Shown one piece after another: positions 1 to 8,174 of a stretch of DNA of 64,000 nucleotides (its first letter is position 1; the number at the start of each line of letters is the position of its first letter). The notes under the pieces were generated by a model that was given only the letters and a program-made list of their open reading frames with translations, had not been told where the DNA came from and did not search any database. Made by a program: the position numbers and the translations under genes. The stretch covers positions 320,001 to 384,000 of the forward strand of contig CAVXLD010000007.1 in NCBI GenBank assembly GCA_963762565.1. The letters are read 5' to 3'. This DNA comes from an uncultured Verrucomicrobiae bacterium. GTDB taxonomy: Bacteria > Verrucomicrobiota > Verrucomicrobiia > Chthoniobacterales > JAFAMB01.

Positions 1-146
1 ATCATCTACAAAATGTGGACCCATCGAACTCCTTACAACGCCGAGCTCCATCACCGCAATCAACTCCAGCACGGATCTTGGATCTTTCAGCTCAAAGTAA
101 CTTAACCCCTAACCTATTTTTCCCCTTGAAGACCGATAGAAAGTCT
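1..146 (+). mobile_element. Right end of a probable IS110-family element (transposase C-terminus 1..105, end at CT core 145-146)
   Basis: Frame 1 reads IIYKMWTHRTPYNAELHHRNQLQHGSWIFQLKVT*, resembling IS110 transposase C-termini (II.. W....PYD). It is followed by TTGAAGACCGATAGAAAGT-CT and then exactly half of the palindrome CCAGCCCCGAAAG-CT-TTCGGGGCTGG that is intact at 51579-51604. Confidence 0.55.
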
Positions 147-1142
147 TTCGGGGCTGGAATAGGTTAGAAAAGGCATCCCGTCCTGTAGGGACGCTGTGAT
201 CTCTATCCCTGGCTGTGCCTGAGAGCTAACGGCGCCGTTGACCGACTCAATCATACCGTCCCGCTGGGACGGGGCACCTTTTTATACGCACCCCAGGCAG
301 TAAACTGCCTGGCTAGTGCGCCGTGGAACGCGCATCACAGCAGGTGAGAGTCCTGCATTGTTAAACCGTGAAAGAACAAGAAGTACAAAGTAAGGGCGTT
401 GTCGAGAGGCGGGGTCTGAAGCAACCGAGTACGAGACACCTAGTCCGCAACGCAAGTGAACACGATTCGGCAAGGCAAGCTGGTGAGCCTGCTAGCCAAG
501 AGCGAAACCAAGTCCGCCAAGAGCGGAACCAGTGGCATTCACAGAGCACGGGAAAGGATGGCCATTGGAGCTTGTCGGGTGGTTGGTGGTGGAATGGGAG
601 TCGAAGTGATGAGCGGTTAACACGGGAGAACCACGTAGAGAACGAGACTGGCGTTCATTCCGCTGAGAGGGCAAAGAGGGCGGACAAAGAACCAGGCTAC
701 GTGGAAGTCAGAGCGTCCATAGTAGCGAAGAAGCGGGGTAACGCCCGTGGAGCCAAGGGACGTAGGAAGATAGAACGAATCAGGTCAGCCGGAAGGAAGA
801 AAACCCCGTTAGTGATCAACCTCTTGAGAGCTCGATCTATACAAGGGTGGAGAACTCTGTCCCGCGAAGGGAGCACAGAGGAATACCTTCCAGCCAACAC
901 TGATCCATTGCTGGCAGGCTGCCGCAAACGGCAGTCAGACACCGGGGAAAAGCAAGCCCGATGTCGCCGAACCTCGAACTTTCTCGTTGAGGTTCCCAGG
1001 TTCAATTCGGCATGTCAGTCTCACTGTAGACCCTATCGACTGGAGAGCCGGATGCGGGAAAACCGCCTGTCCGGTTCGGAGGGAGGGGCGGCTCCAATAC
1101 AGTCGTCCCTACCCCTATCCTTCATTCAGTCCCTTCGGGACA
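145..1142. repeat. REP-like palindromic element, interrupted by the IS110 end (left arm) and a group II intron (right arm)
   Basis: 145-196 matches the reverse complement of 51544-51592. 249-315 joined to 1119-1142 rebuilds CCAGGCAGTAAACTGCCTGGCTA|CCTTCATTCAGTCCC, matching the reverse complement of 56428-56465. Confidence 0.8.
316..1118 (+). ncRNA. ORF-less group II intron (IIB-like, AGC catalytic triad)
   Basis: 5' end GTGCGCC at 316; domain V GAGCCGGATGCGGGAAAACCGCCTGTCCGGTTC at about 1045-1077; domain VI ending CCCTACCCCTAT at 1118; a typical DII/DIII segment AGTAGCGAAGAAGCGGGGTAACGCCCGTGGAGCCAAGGG; no reverse transcriptase ORF; flanks rejoin into an intact repeat. Confidence 0.9.
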
Positions 1143-1203
1143 AACGGCTTCGCCGCGAATTCGCAGCCCCGTAAAAGACCGGGTTTTTCAACAGCCTGCG
1201 GGG

Positions 1204-1767
1204 CTATAATCTATCAGCGCTTCGCGCCTTACTTTGCGGCAGCCGCCGAACTCCCGTCTTTTGGCGCTTCGCCCCGGACTTCCGAAGTTCTGAACCCATT
1301 TTCTCGTTATATATCAAGACCGAACACCGGGCTTGATGCATAATATTGGACGGTTCATTCAGGCCAAAAAGACTGCTAAGGATATTCGAATTGTGGCTAC
1401 CGGTCACAATCAGATCAATATCATTATCATAAGCAAACGCGGCAATTTCATCTGCCGGATCTCCGACCAAAAAGGTCCATTCAGCTTCAGGCACAATCTG
1501 GCGGACCTTCTTGGTTAACTGGTCGAGTCGGGTTGCTTTTTCATGACGTCGTTTTTCGAACGCGCGAACCGTTCCTTCTCCGGCAAAATCGTACCTTGGT
1601 TCCGCGGGAAAGACGTGAGCCAAAGTCAGATCGGCATGGAAAGATTTGGCAACTCTTGCCGCGAAAAACGCCGTAGCTTCGGAGTGCTTTGAAAGATCGA
1701 CTGCTACCAAGATTCGATCAGTTGCTTTTTCTGCTTTACCCGACGAACTAAGAGACAGAGTTTTCAT
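1204..1767 (-). CDS. Universal stress protein
   Basis: ILVAVDLSKHS...LTLAHV...GDPADEI...DLIVTGSH...ARCSVLIY. Confidence 0.9.
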   Translation of the reverse strand: MKTLSLSSSGKAEKATDRILVAVDLSKHSEATAFFAARVAKSFHADLTLAHVFPAEPRYDFAGEGTVRAFEKRRHEKATRLDQLTKKVRQIVPEAEWTFLVGDPADEIAAFAYDNDIDLIVTGSHNSNILSSLFGLNEPSNIMHQARCSVLIYNEKMGSELRKSGAKRQKTGVRRLPQSKARSADRL

Positions 1768-2310
1768 ACCGCGCGTCTATTTTTGCTGAACGAGGAGGAG
1801 CTACAACCGGCCTTGCCGGTCTCACTGAGGCCAACTCTTCGATCGTAGGTAACTCTTCTGGATGAAACTTCTGTGCTGGCACACAGAGCACTGGACAATC
1901 AGCTTTTCGCACAAGTTCATCCAGCAATTCCTCGGGTAGCCAGCACCACCTAATTAAATCCAAAGGCAATGGTACAGCGATGAGGTCGGCTTTTAACGCC
2001 TGGCTTTGTCGAACAATCTGGGTAGCGGGAGAGCCTAAAGCAACTCGCCCAATGCACTTGCTGTAGAGGCTTCGAGCTGCCGTCAGCCAGCTCGTACAGA
2101 CGGGTTCGCACCCTGCCGCAATGCAGAGACACGTCGGCCAGCGCCACGTCGCCCACCGCAAAATCAAAACTTGGCGGATCGACATAGCAGTGCAAGAGCG
2201 TTACCGTAGCCCCCAGCCGGCGAGCCATTCGCAGAATCGGGCTCAAATCGCTCAGCTTCGTGTGAAATGGCATCTACCGGAACCAGGATCTCGTTGATTT
2301 CCGATTGACC
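1748..2310 (-). pseudogene. Frameshifted universal stress protein
   Basis: USP motifs lie in three frames: EILVPVDA; ARRLGATVTLLHCY; GSPATQIV...ADLI...KADCPVLCVP. 5' limit approximate. Confidence 0.75.
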
Positions 2311-2504
2311 TGCTTGAGGTTGCCTCAACGGGTCCACATGAGGGCCCGGATCTGGGGCGCCCGATGCCGCTTGAGGACCAACCTTTTTGGTCGCCGTTTC
2401 TGTTGAGTCCTGTTCACAGAACTAGATTAGTCGTACCCGGCAGCAACCACTCTCCTTTTGCGTTGCCAGCCTTTGGGCGTCCATTTGTAGCAGAATTGAA
2501 ACCG

Positions 2505-3182
2505 CTACATCTGCTGCTTCGATTGAGTCGCTGCCCAACGAGCTGAAAAAGAGATCAGCTCAGCTGTCGTGTTGATCTTTAACTTCGTTTTGATATTGGC
2601 CCGGTGTGCGTCCACCGTTTTCGCGCTTAGGTGCAGCTTCTTGGCAATCTCGTGGGATGATAGTCCTTCGCCTAATGCTTCAAAAACTTCGAATTCTCGG
2701 TCGCTCAGTTTTTGGATCGATGAGCGATCAATCCCGGTTTGACCCCCAGAGAAAATTTCCAGGATATGCGCTGACATACTTTCGCTGACGTAGATCCTGC
2801 CGCTCAGGACATGCCGGATTGCGCCCATTAATTTGTCGCCGCCCTCATGCTTAGTGATATAACCGCGAGCGCCTGCTCTGAGGACGCGGTCGGCATACAA
2901 AGATTCGTCGTGCATCGAGAGCACCAGCATCGGCAGATCGGGATGCATCGCCTTAACATCCTTGATTAGTTCCAAACCGCTCTTACCGGGAAGGGTGATA
3001 TCTATCAGCATTAAATCGGGGCGCTTGCTGGCGAGTAAATCAAGCGCTTGAGCAGCATCCTCAGCCTCTCCATCCACAACCATTTCAGGCTGATGGTTGA
3101 TCAAATGAACCAAACCGGCCCGGGTCATCGGGTGATCGTCCACAATCAGGATGCGAGTCTTTTTTTCTTTCTCGGCTTTCAT
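2505..3182 (-). CDS. NarL/FixJ-family response regulator (REC + LuxR HTH)
   Basis: ILIVDDHP...DLMLIDITLPGKSGLELIK...LSDREFEVF...LSAKTVDAHRANIKTKL. Confidence 0.95.
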   Translation of the reverse strand: MKAEKEKKTRILIVDDHPMTRAGLVHLINHQPEMVVDGEAEDAAQALDLLASKRPDLMLIDITLPGKSGLELIKDVKAMHPDLPMLVLSMHDESLYADRVLRAGARGYITKHEGGDKLMGAIRHVLSGRIYVSESMSAHILEIFSGGQTGIDRSSIQKLSDREFEVFEALGEGLSSHEIAKKLHLSAKTVDAHRANIKTKLKINTTAELISFSARWAATQSKQQM

Positions 3183-4894
3183 CAGCCTAGCCTCAATCTG
3201 CAGGCAACCTTCGTCCCTTTGCTTTCGACAGAATCGATCCTCAACATCGCTCCGATCATCTCCGCGCGATACTCCATAATTCTTAACCCCATGCCCTCGA
3301 TTGGCCCAGTCTTCTGAGCAAAGCCGGCGCCATCGTCCTCGACCGTGAGCACGAGTTCGCCATCCAATTTCTTTAACCCGACAAGGATAGTCTTTGCCCT
3401 TCCGTGTTTGACTGCGTTACCGATCGCTTCTTGCGCAATGCGATAGAGATGGGTGCCGGATGCTCGATTCTCCAATAAAACCGGTTGCGGGCACTCAAAA
3501 GTACAGGCGATCCGGAAGAGGTCGGCGGCATTTGCGGCTAAACGGCTCAGCGCCGCCATCAGACCATTAGACTCAATTTCGACCGGCGCGAGTCCTCGAG
3601 CTAGCGCCCGGGCTTGTTTAGTCGCGTTGCGAATCAGTTCGCCGATTTGAGCCGCTTCTGCTTTGGCTTTCGGATTCTTCGCTAACTGGTGCACCAGAAC
3701 CGAATTTCGAAACTCGATCCCAGCTAATTGCTGGCACAAGCTGTCGTGTAAATCTTGCCCTATGCGCTGTTGCTCGCGGCTGCTGACATTGAGCAGCTCT
3801 TCTTCCAATACTCGCCGCTCGATCGCGGCTGCCAAAACATCAGCCACGGACTGCAAGAAGTGCACATCATCCCCGGTGAATGACCGTCGCCGGCCCGTGT
3901 GCGCTCCCAACACCCCATAGGGTTTGCCTAAACCGTGGATGACGACGCTGATGCCGCTACGAATCCCGTGATCCAAGAAAAATGCCGGCGCCTGGAAGCG
4001 AGTTTCGTTGGTGAGATCTTCCACCACAACGGGAGAACTGGATAGCAGGGTAAAACCACCATGAGATCCTAACCCAGTCGGTAAAGCTACTTTCCCAACG
4101 GAGCCTTTTTTCCAGCCAACACCTGCCCGTAGACAGAGAGATTCGCCTACCAATTCCAGCACCTTGCAAAATTCTACATCCAGAACGCTGGTGACCAGTG
4201 AGACGGCATCATCCAAGAGCGAGGTTAGATCGCGGCCTTCCAATGCACGGCGGTTCAGTTTTGCTACCGCGCCCTGCTGACGAGCCCGGTTCTCAAAAGC
4301 GGTTACCGCGGTTTGGGTCGCGTAGGTCAATTCCGCAGTCCGTTCTCGAACCCGGGCTTCCAGTTCCTCGCGTGATTTTCGCAGCGCCTCTTCCGCTCTT
4401 TTGTGTTCGGTGACATCCCTGATTGTAGCGATCACCGTTCTCCCTTCTTCGGTATCGATTGGGCTGAGCATGATGTCGACCGGGAACTCCGAGCCATCTT
4501 TGCGTAGGGCGAACAGATCGAGATTTATCCCCATTTCGCGCAGACGAGGTTCGGCCATGTAGTTCTGGCGATGGCCGAGGTGACGGCCCCTAAAACGCGG
4601 AGGTATGAGTATTTCGATCCGCTTACCCACCAATTCACGAGCGGTATAGCCAAACATCGTCTTAACATGATCGTTTACCTGGCTGATGGCGCCTTGTTCA
4701 TCGACGATAATCACCGCATCAGGAGCAAAGCGGAAGAACGTGGCCAGCGCCCTGTCTGTCTTCTGGGATTTCTTTGGGATCTGCCTAGCCCTGCGAGCCT
4801 TTGGGGTCTGTACAGAGCGGTTGCGCTTGTCCTGAATTGCCGAAACCTGGGAACGCGCCTTGACCTTCTTTGCCACGCTTTTTTGTGACTTCAT
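3182..4894 (-). CDS. PAS-GAF sensor histidine kinase (HisKA_3)
   Basis: PAS/PAC (APDAVIIVD...RKDGSEFPVDIMLSP...IRDVTEHK), GAF, H-box EQQRIGQDLHDSLCQ, HATPase YRIAQEAIGNAVKH...DDGAGF...GMGL; overlaps the response regulator start. Confidence 0.95.
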   Translation of the reverse strand: MKSQKSVAKKVKARSQVSAIQDKRNRSVQTPKARRARQIPKKSQKTDRALATFFRFAPDAVIIVDEQGAISQVNDHVKTMFGYTARELVGKRIEILIPPRFRGRHLGHRQNYMAEPRLREMGINLDLFALRKDGSEFPVDIMLSPIDTEEGRTVIATIRDVTEHKRAEEALRKSREELEARVRERTAELTYATQTAVTAFENRARQQGAVAKLNRRALEGRDLTSLLDDAVSLVTSVLDVEFCKVLELVGESLCLRAGVGWKKGSVGKVALPTGLGSHGGFTLLSSSPVVVEDLTNETRFQAPAFFLDHGIRSGISVVIHGLGKPYGVLGAHTGRRRSFTGDDVHFLQSVADVLAAAIERRVLEEELLNVSSREQQRIGQDLHDSLCQQLAGIEFRNSVLVHQLAKNPKAKAEAAQIGELIRNATKQARALARGLAPVEIESNGLMAALSRLAANAADLFRIACTFECPQPVLLENRASGTHLYRIAQEAIGNAVKHGRAKTILVGLKKLDGELVLTVEDDGAGFAQKTGPIEGMGLRIMEYRAEMIGAMLRIDSVESKGTKVACRLRLG

Positions 4895-5018
4895 GATCAG
4901 GTTTTACGGACTTCGAATCGGTTCCAACCGCCGAGGTCTCTATAAAAAGCCCGCCAGGAAAGTCAAGAATTCACCCGCACCCCGAACCAATTGACCACTG
5001 ATTTTGCCGTCCGCCGTC

Positions 5019-5555
5019 CTAGTCACTAAGCAATTCAATATCGACGTTATCGTTCGGCCAATCCGCATCCGCGGCGGTGAGAATTACGATCGGACAGGGC
5101 AAAGAACAGTCGCCAGTCTCAAGTGCGGCGAGCCCCGGCCGCTGCAAACCAGCAGCTAGCTCCTCGGGAATTAGGATGACATCCGCCTTACGTTCTGATG
5201 CCTCGGCCAGGAGCTGTCGCCAAGAGTGCATAATGTGTCTGCTAATAGAGAGGTCGGAGTAATGGTTTTTCAACTCCCAAGCAAAACAAAGCAGGTCGAC
5301 GAGGTCATCGCGATCAGACCCTCCAGCCGCTCGATCCGAACTCCGAAGTTTGCCTCCGTGCAAGAGGGTGATCTGAGGATACCAGCGTTCTGCTAACTGA
5401 AGTACCATGGCCAAGACTGCTTCTGGAGGATCGCCTGGATCTATCACCAGGAGTAGAGGGCCAACCCCCCGGGGAAAGAGGTTCAAGATATCACGCATTT
5501 TTCGGGCGTGGGTAATGAAATGATCGGCTGTTGGCAGATGTTCGATGGATCGCAT
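5019..5555 (-). CDS. Divergent USP-like protein
   Basis: Same layout as USPs: LLLVID...LQLAER...ITLLH...ADVILIP...PCPIVIL. Confidence 0.55.
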   Translation of the reverse strand: MRSIEHLPTADHFITHARKMRDILNLFPRGVGPLLLVIDPGDPPEAVLAMVLQLAERWYPQITLLHGGKLRSSDRAAGGSDRDDLVDLLCFAWELKNHYSDLSISRHIMHSWRQLLAEASERKADVILIPEELAAGLQRPGLAALETGDCSLPCPIVILTAADADWPNDNVDIELLSD

Positions 5556-5793
5556 ATTGGTAGCGAGGGTTAAAACTTGCGGTCAGTGCTTTGACGGCTG
5601 GTGGTCTTCGCTGTAAGAAATCATCGTTTGCTACCTGCAACTACACGGATCTTGTCTAGGACTTATCAGGCATTGCCAACCTTAGATCAGCCGTCGCCTT
5701 ACTAAATAATTAAGATTGCCGGTTACAACCAGTGGTTAACAGTGGACAATCTCCGGTGAGTTACCGAATGGCGGCTCCGATAGTTTACTGTAA

Positions 5794-6132
5794 ATGAAAA
5801 AGATCGAAGCTATCATACCGCCGGCGACTGTAGCCACAATAAGAGCGGAGCTGGAGCGTCGAGGCGTCTACGGTAAATTCACCTTGACCGAGGTGCGTCA
5901 CGGCGAAACCCAAAGGCCTTCGATCCGCACTGAACACGACCAAAACGAGTCGTTGCAATCAAAGATCAAGGTGGAGCTCATCGTGTCTGACCGGCAGGCC
6001 GAAAAAGCCATCAACGTAATTCTCAGGCATGCCACCACCGATTCGGATGCGCATGATGGCCATTTGACCCTCGTCAATGTGGACGAAGTTTTGCAGATTA
6101 CCCAGCCGAACGGAACTGGACCGGCTGTCTAG
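5794..6132 (+). CDS. Divergent P-II family (GlnB/GlnK-like) protein
   Basis: MKKIEAII...KIKVELIVSD...DG(H)LTLVNVDEVLQI. Confidence 0.8.
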   Translation: MKKIEAIIPPATVATIRAELERRGVYGKFTLTEVRHGETQRPSIRTEHDQNESLQSKIKVELIVSDRQAEKAINVILRHATTDSDAHDGHLTLVNVDEVLQITQPNGTGPAV

Positions 6133-6441
6133 CCAGGATCAACTGCTGTAAGTTGGAGCGTTCAGCCTCCTATCACTAGGTAAAATCCCTAGTCGGACTA
6201 GGGAACTCTCCGCTAGTCCGGTTACACTGCTCGACTACCCTGATTGGGCTTTTGCCTAGATGCGTCGCGGACTTCGCCCAATTGTGGGTTTGCGTCGCCT
6301 AATTCACAATACAGGAGCATGAGAGAACAATATTTGATGATCGCACCTGCTCCCGGCTTGGCCGCTGGCGCCGCGGCGATTCATCCCACTGTTCTTCCCA
6401 AAACAGAGTTTTAACCGAACTGAACCGAAGAGAGTCCCACC

Positions 6442-7335
6442 ATGAACCGTCCAGCAGATCTAATCCAGCGGATTTCGAAATCCGACATCTATAAAGATTA
6501 CGAACGCGCCTTCAGCGACGCCACCGAACTTCCTATGGCCCTCCGGCCAACTGAGATCTGGAGGTTCGCTCTAGAAGGAAAACGCTACCGAAACCCTTTC
6601 TGCGCCATGCTGGCCAAAACGAGTCGAACCTGTGCCGCTTGCTTGGAAACCCAGAAAAGAATGCAAGATATGCCGGGCGAAGGACCGAAGACAGTCACTT
6701 GTTTTGCCGGCCTCTGCGACACGGCAGTACCGGTGCGAGCCGGCGACAAACTGATCGGGTACTTGCAGACTGGACAGGTAGCCCTCCGGAAACCGAACGA
6801 GGTGCAGTTCAATAAGATCACTCAGCAACTCGTCGACTGGGGCGTGACGGTCGATCTGACTCAGCTGCAAGATGCGTACTATCACTCGCGAACTTTAGCT
6901 CCTCAACAGTACACGGCCGTGGTTAAGCTGCTGGAGATCTTTGCTACCCATATCTCGACCTTAGCCAATGAGATCGTTGTGCAAGAGGATGAAGCCGAGT
7001 CACCAATGATCCGGCGGGCACGTGCTTACATCCATGCGAATCAGGCCGATCCTATCGATCTCGATCAGGTAGCCAAAGCCATGCATGTTAGTACCTTTTA
7101 TTTCTGCAAAATGTTCAAGAAGGCGACCGGCTTGACCTTTACGGACTACTTGAGCCGAGTGCGAGTGGAAAAGGCCAAAACACTGCTGCTCAATCCGCAT
7201 CTCAGAATCAGTGAAATCGCCTACGATATAGGTTTCCAATCATTAACCCACTTCAATCGTATGTTTCGCAAAATTGTGGGTGAGTCGCCTACGCATTATC
7301 GGGACACGAAGTCGGTACGGCAATTGTTGAACTAA
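6442..7335 (+). CDS. AraC-family regulator with PocR-type sensor domain
   Basis: NPFC...CAAC...CFAGLCDTAVPV...GYLQTGQV; C-terminal RISEIAYDIGFQSLTHFNRMFRKIVGESPTHYR. Confidence 0.9.
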   Translation: MNRPADLIQRISKSDIYKDYERAFSDATELPMALRPTEIWRFALEGKRYRNPFCAMLAKTSRTCAACLETQKRMQDMPGEGPKTVTCFAGLCDTAVPVRAGDKLIGYLQTGQVALRKPNEVQFNKITQQLVDWGVTVDLTQLQDAYYHSRTLAPQQYTAVVKLLEIFATHISTLANEIVVQEDEAESPMIRRARAYIHANQADPIDLDQVAKAMHVSTFYFCKMFKKATGLTFTDYLSRVRVEKAKTLLLNPHLRISEIAYDIGFQSLTHFNRMFRKIVGESPTHYRDTKSVRQLLN

Positions 7336-7345
7336 GGTCAGCCAT

Positions 7346-7894
7346 ATGGAGATGGGTGCTATCAGAGACGAGGGCCTACGGGCTAATAAATTGCTACCGG
7401 GATACACAAAAGAAATTCCGCGGCGGTTGATTCGTTGCCTGAACGACAGCGGTGTTCGCTACTATATTCAGCACGAGCCGGACTCGAATAGGCTAGTCCA
7501 GGAATCGGTCGATCTCGTGGGCCTCGTTCACACCGCCGTGATTCGGGCTGGTAAGCAGCGCCTCTTAGCGGTTGTGCCAAATGGCTGTGACATCGACTTG
7601 AAAAAGTTCGGCACGTTAGTTGGTGAGCCGGCGCGTTTGGAGACCGAGGACGAATTCAAATGGCTGTTTCCTGACTGTGCGCTTGGCGCCGTTCCGCCCT
7701 TTGGTAATCTGTACGGCCTAGCGACCTGGTTAGACACAAGTTTGACTAAGACAGCGGAGATTGCCTTCCTCGCCGGAACTATTATTGACGCCATCAAGCT
7801 CAGCTATTCCGCCTACGCGGAGGTGGTCGAGCCAAGGGTTGGTAAGTTCGGAGCGAAATCCGGAGAGAGCAAAAGAGCGCTGAAGGCGCGGTAG
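7346..7894 (+). CDS. YbaK/ProX-family aminoacyl-tRNA editing domain protein
   Basis: EDEFKWLFPDCALGAVPPFGNLYGL..LD.SL. Confidence 0.8.
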   Translation: MEMGAIRDEGLRANKLLPGYTKEIPRRLIRCLNDSGVRYYIQHEPDSNRLVQESVDLVGLVHTAVIRAGKQRLLAVVPNGCDIDLKKFGTLVGEPARLETEDEFKWLFPDCALGAVPPFGNLYGLATWLDTSLTKTAEIAFLAGTIIDAIKLSYSAYAEVVEPRVGKFGAKSGESKRALKAR

Positions 7895-8174
7895 AGGGCG
7901 TTGAACAGACTCGCACGAAGGGCAAGTTCGGCGGGCGTGCTTTTCAACGGCTCTACCGTGTCTTCAGCGCTCGAGGCGCTGGCTTTGCACTCCGGTGCGA
8001 ATAAGTGGCCGTCGGCGGCTCATCCATGCAATCTGTGGGTAAAGTTGAACAACCATCGGTGAGTCAACCTCGGTCGGTGGGGTTAATTGAGCTACAACAG
8101 GTTGGCAAATTCACCCCGCGACGAGCGACGTGGCTGGCCCGTCGAGATTGAAATGACGAAAGTGACCCAGGCCC

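Noticed and set aside
316..1118. Classification as a group IIC intron
   Set aside because: It inserts after a hairpin, but DV has the AGC triad and is not shortened, unlike IIC (CGC triad).
368..1174. 268-aa ORF as an intron-encoded reverse transcriptase/maturase
   Set aside because: No RT motifs (no YADD); it reads through structural intron domains including DV and past the 3' splice site.
7894..7953. Short inverted repeat (GTTGAA...TTCAAC) as an IS end or terminator
   Set aside because: Imperfect, no transposase nearby and no U-tract; too weak to call.
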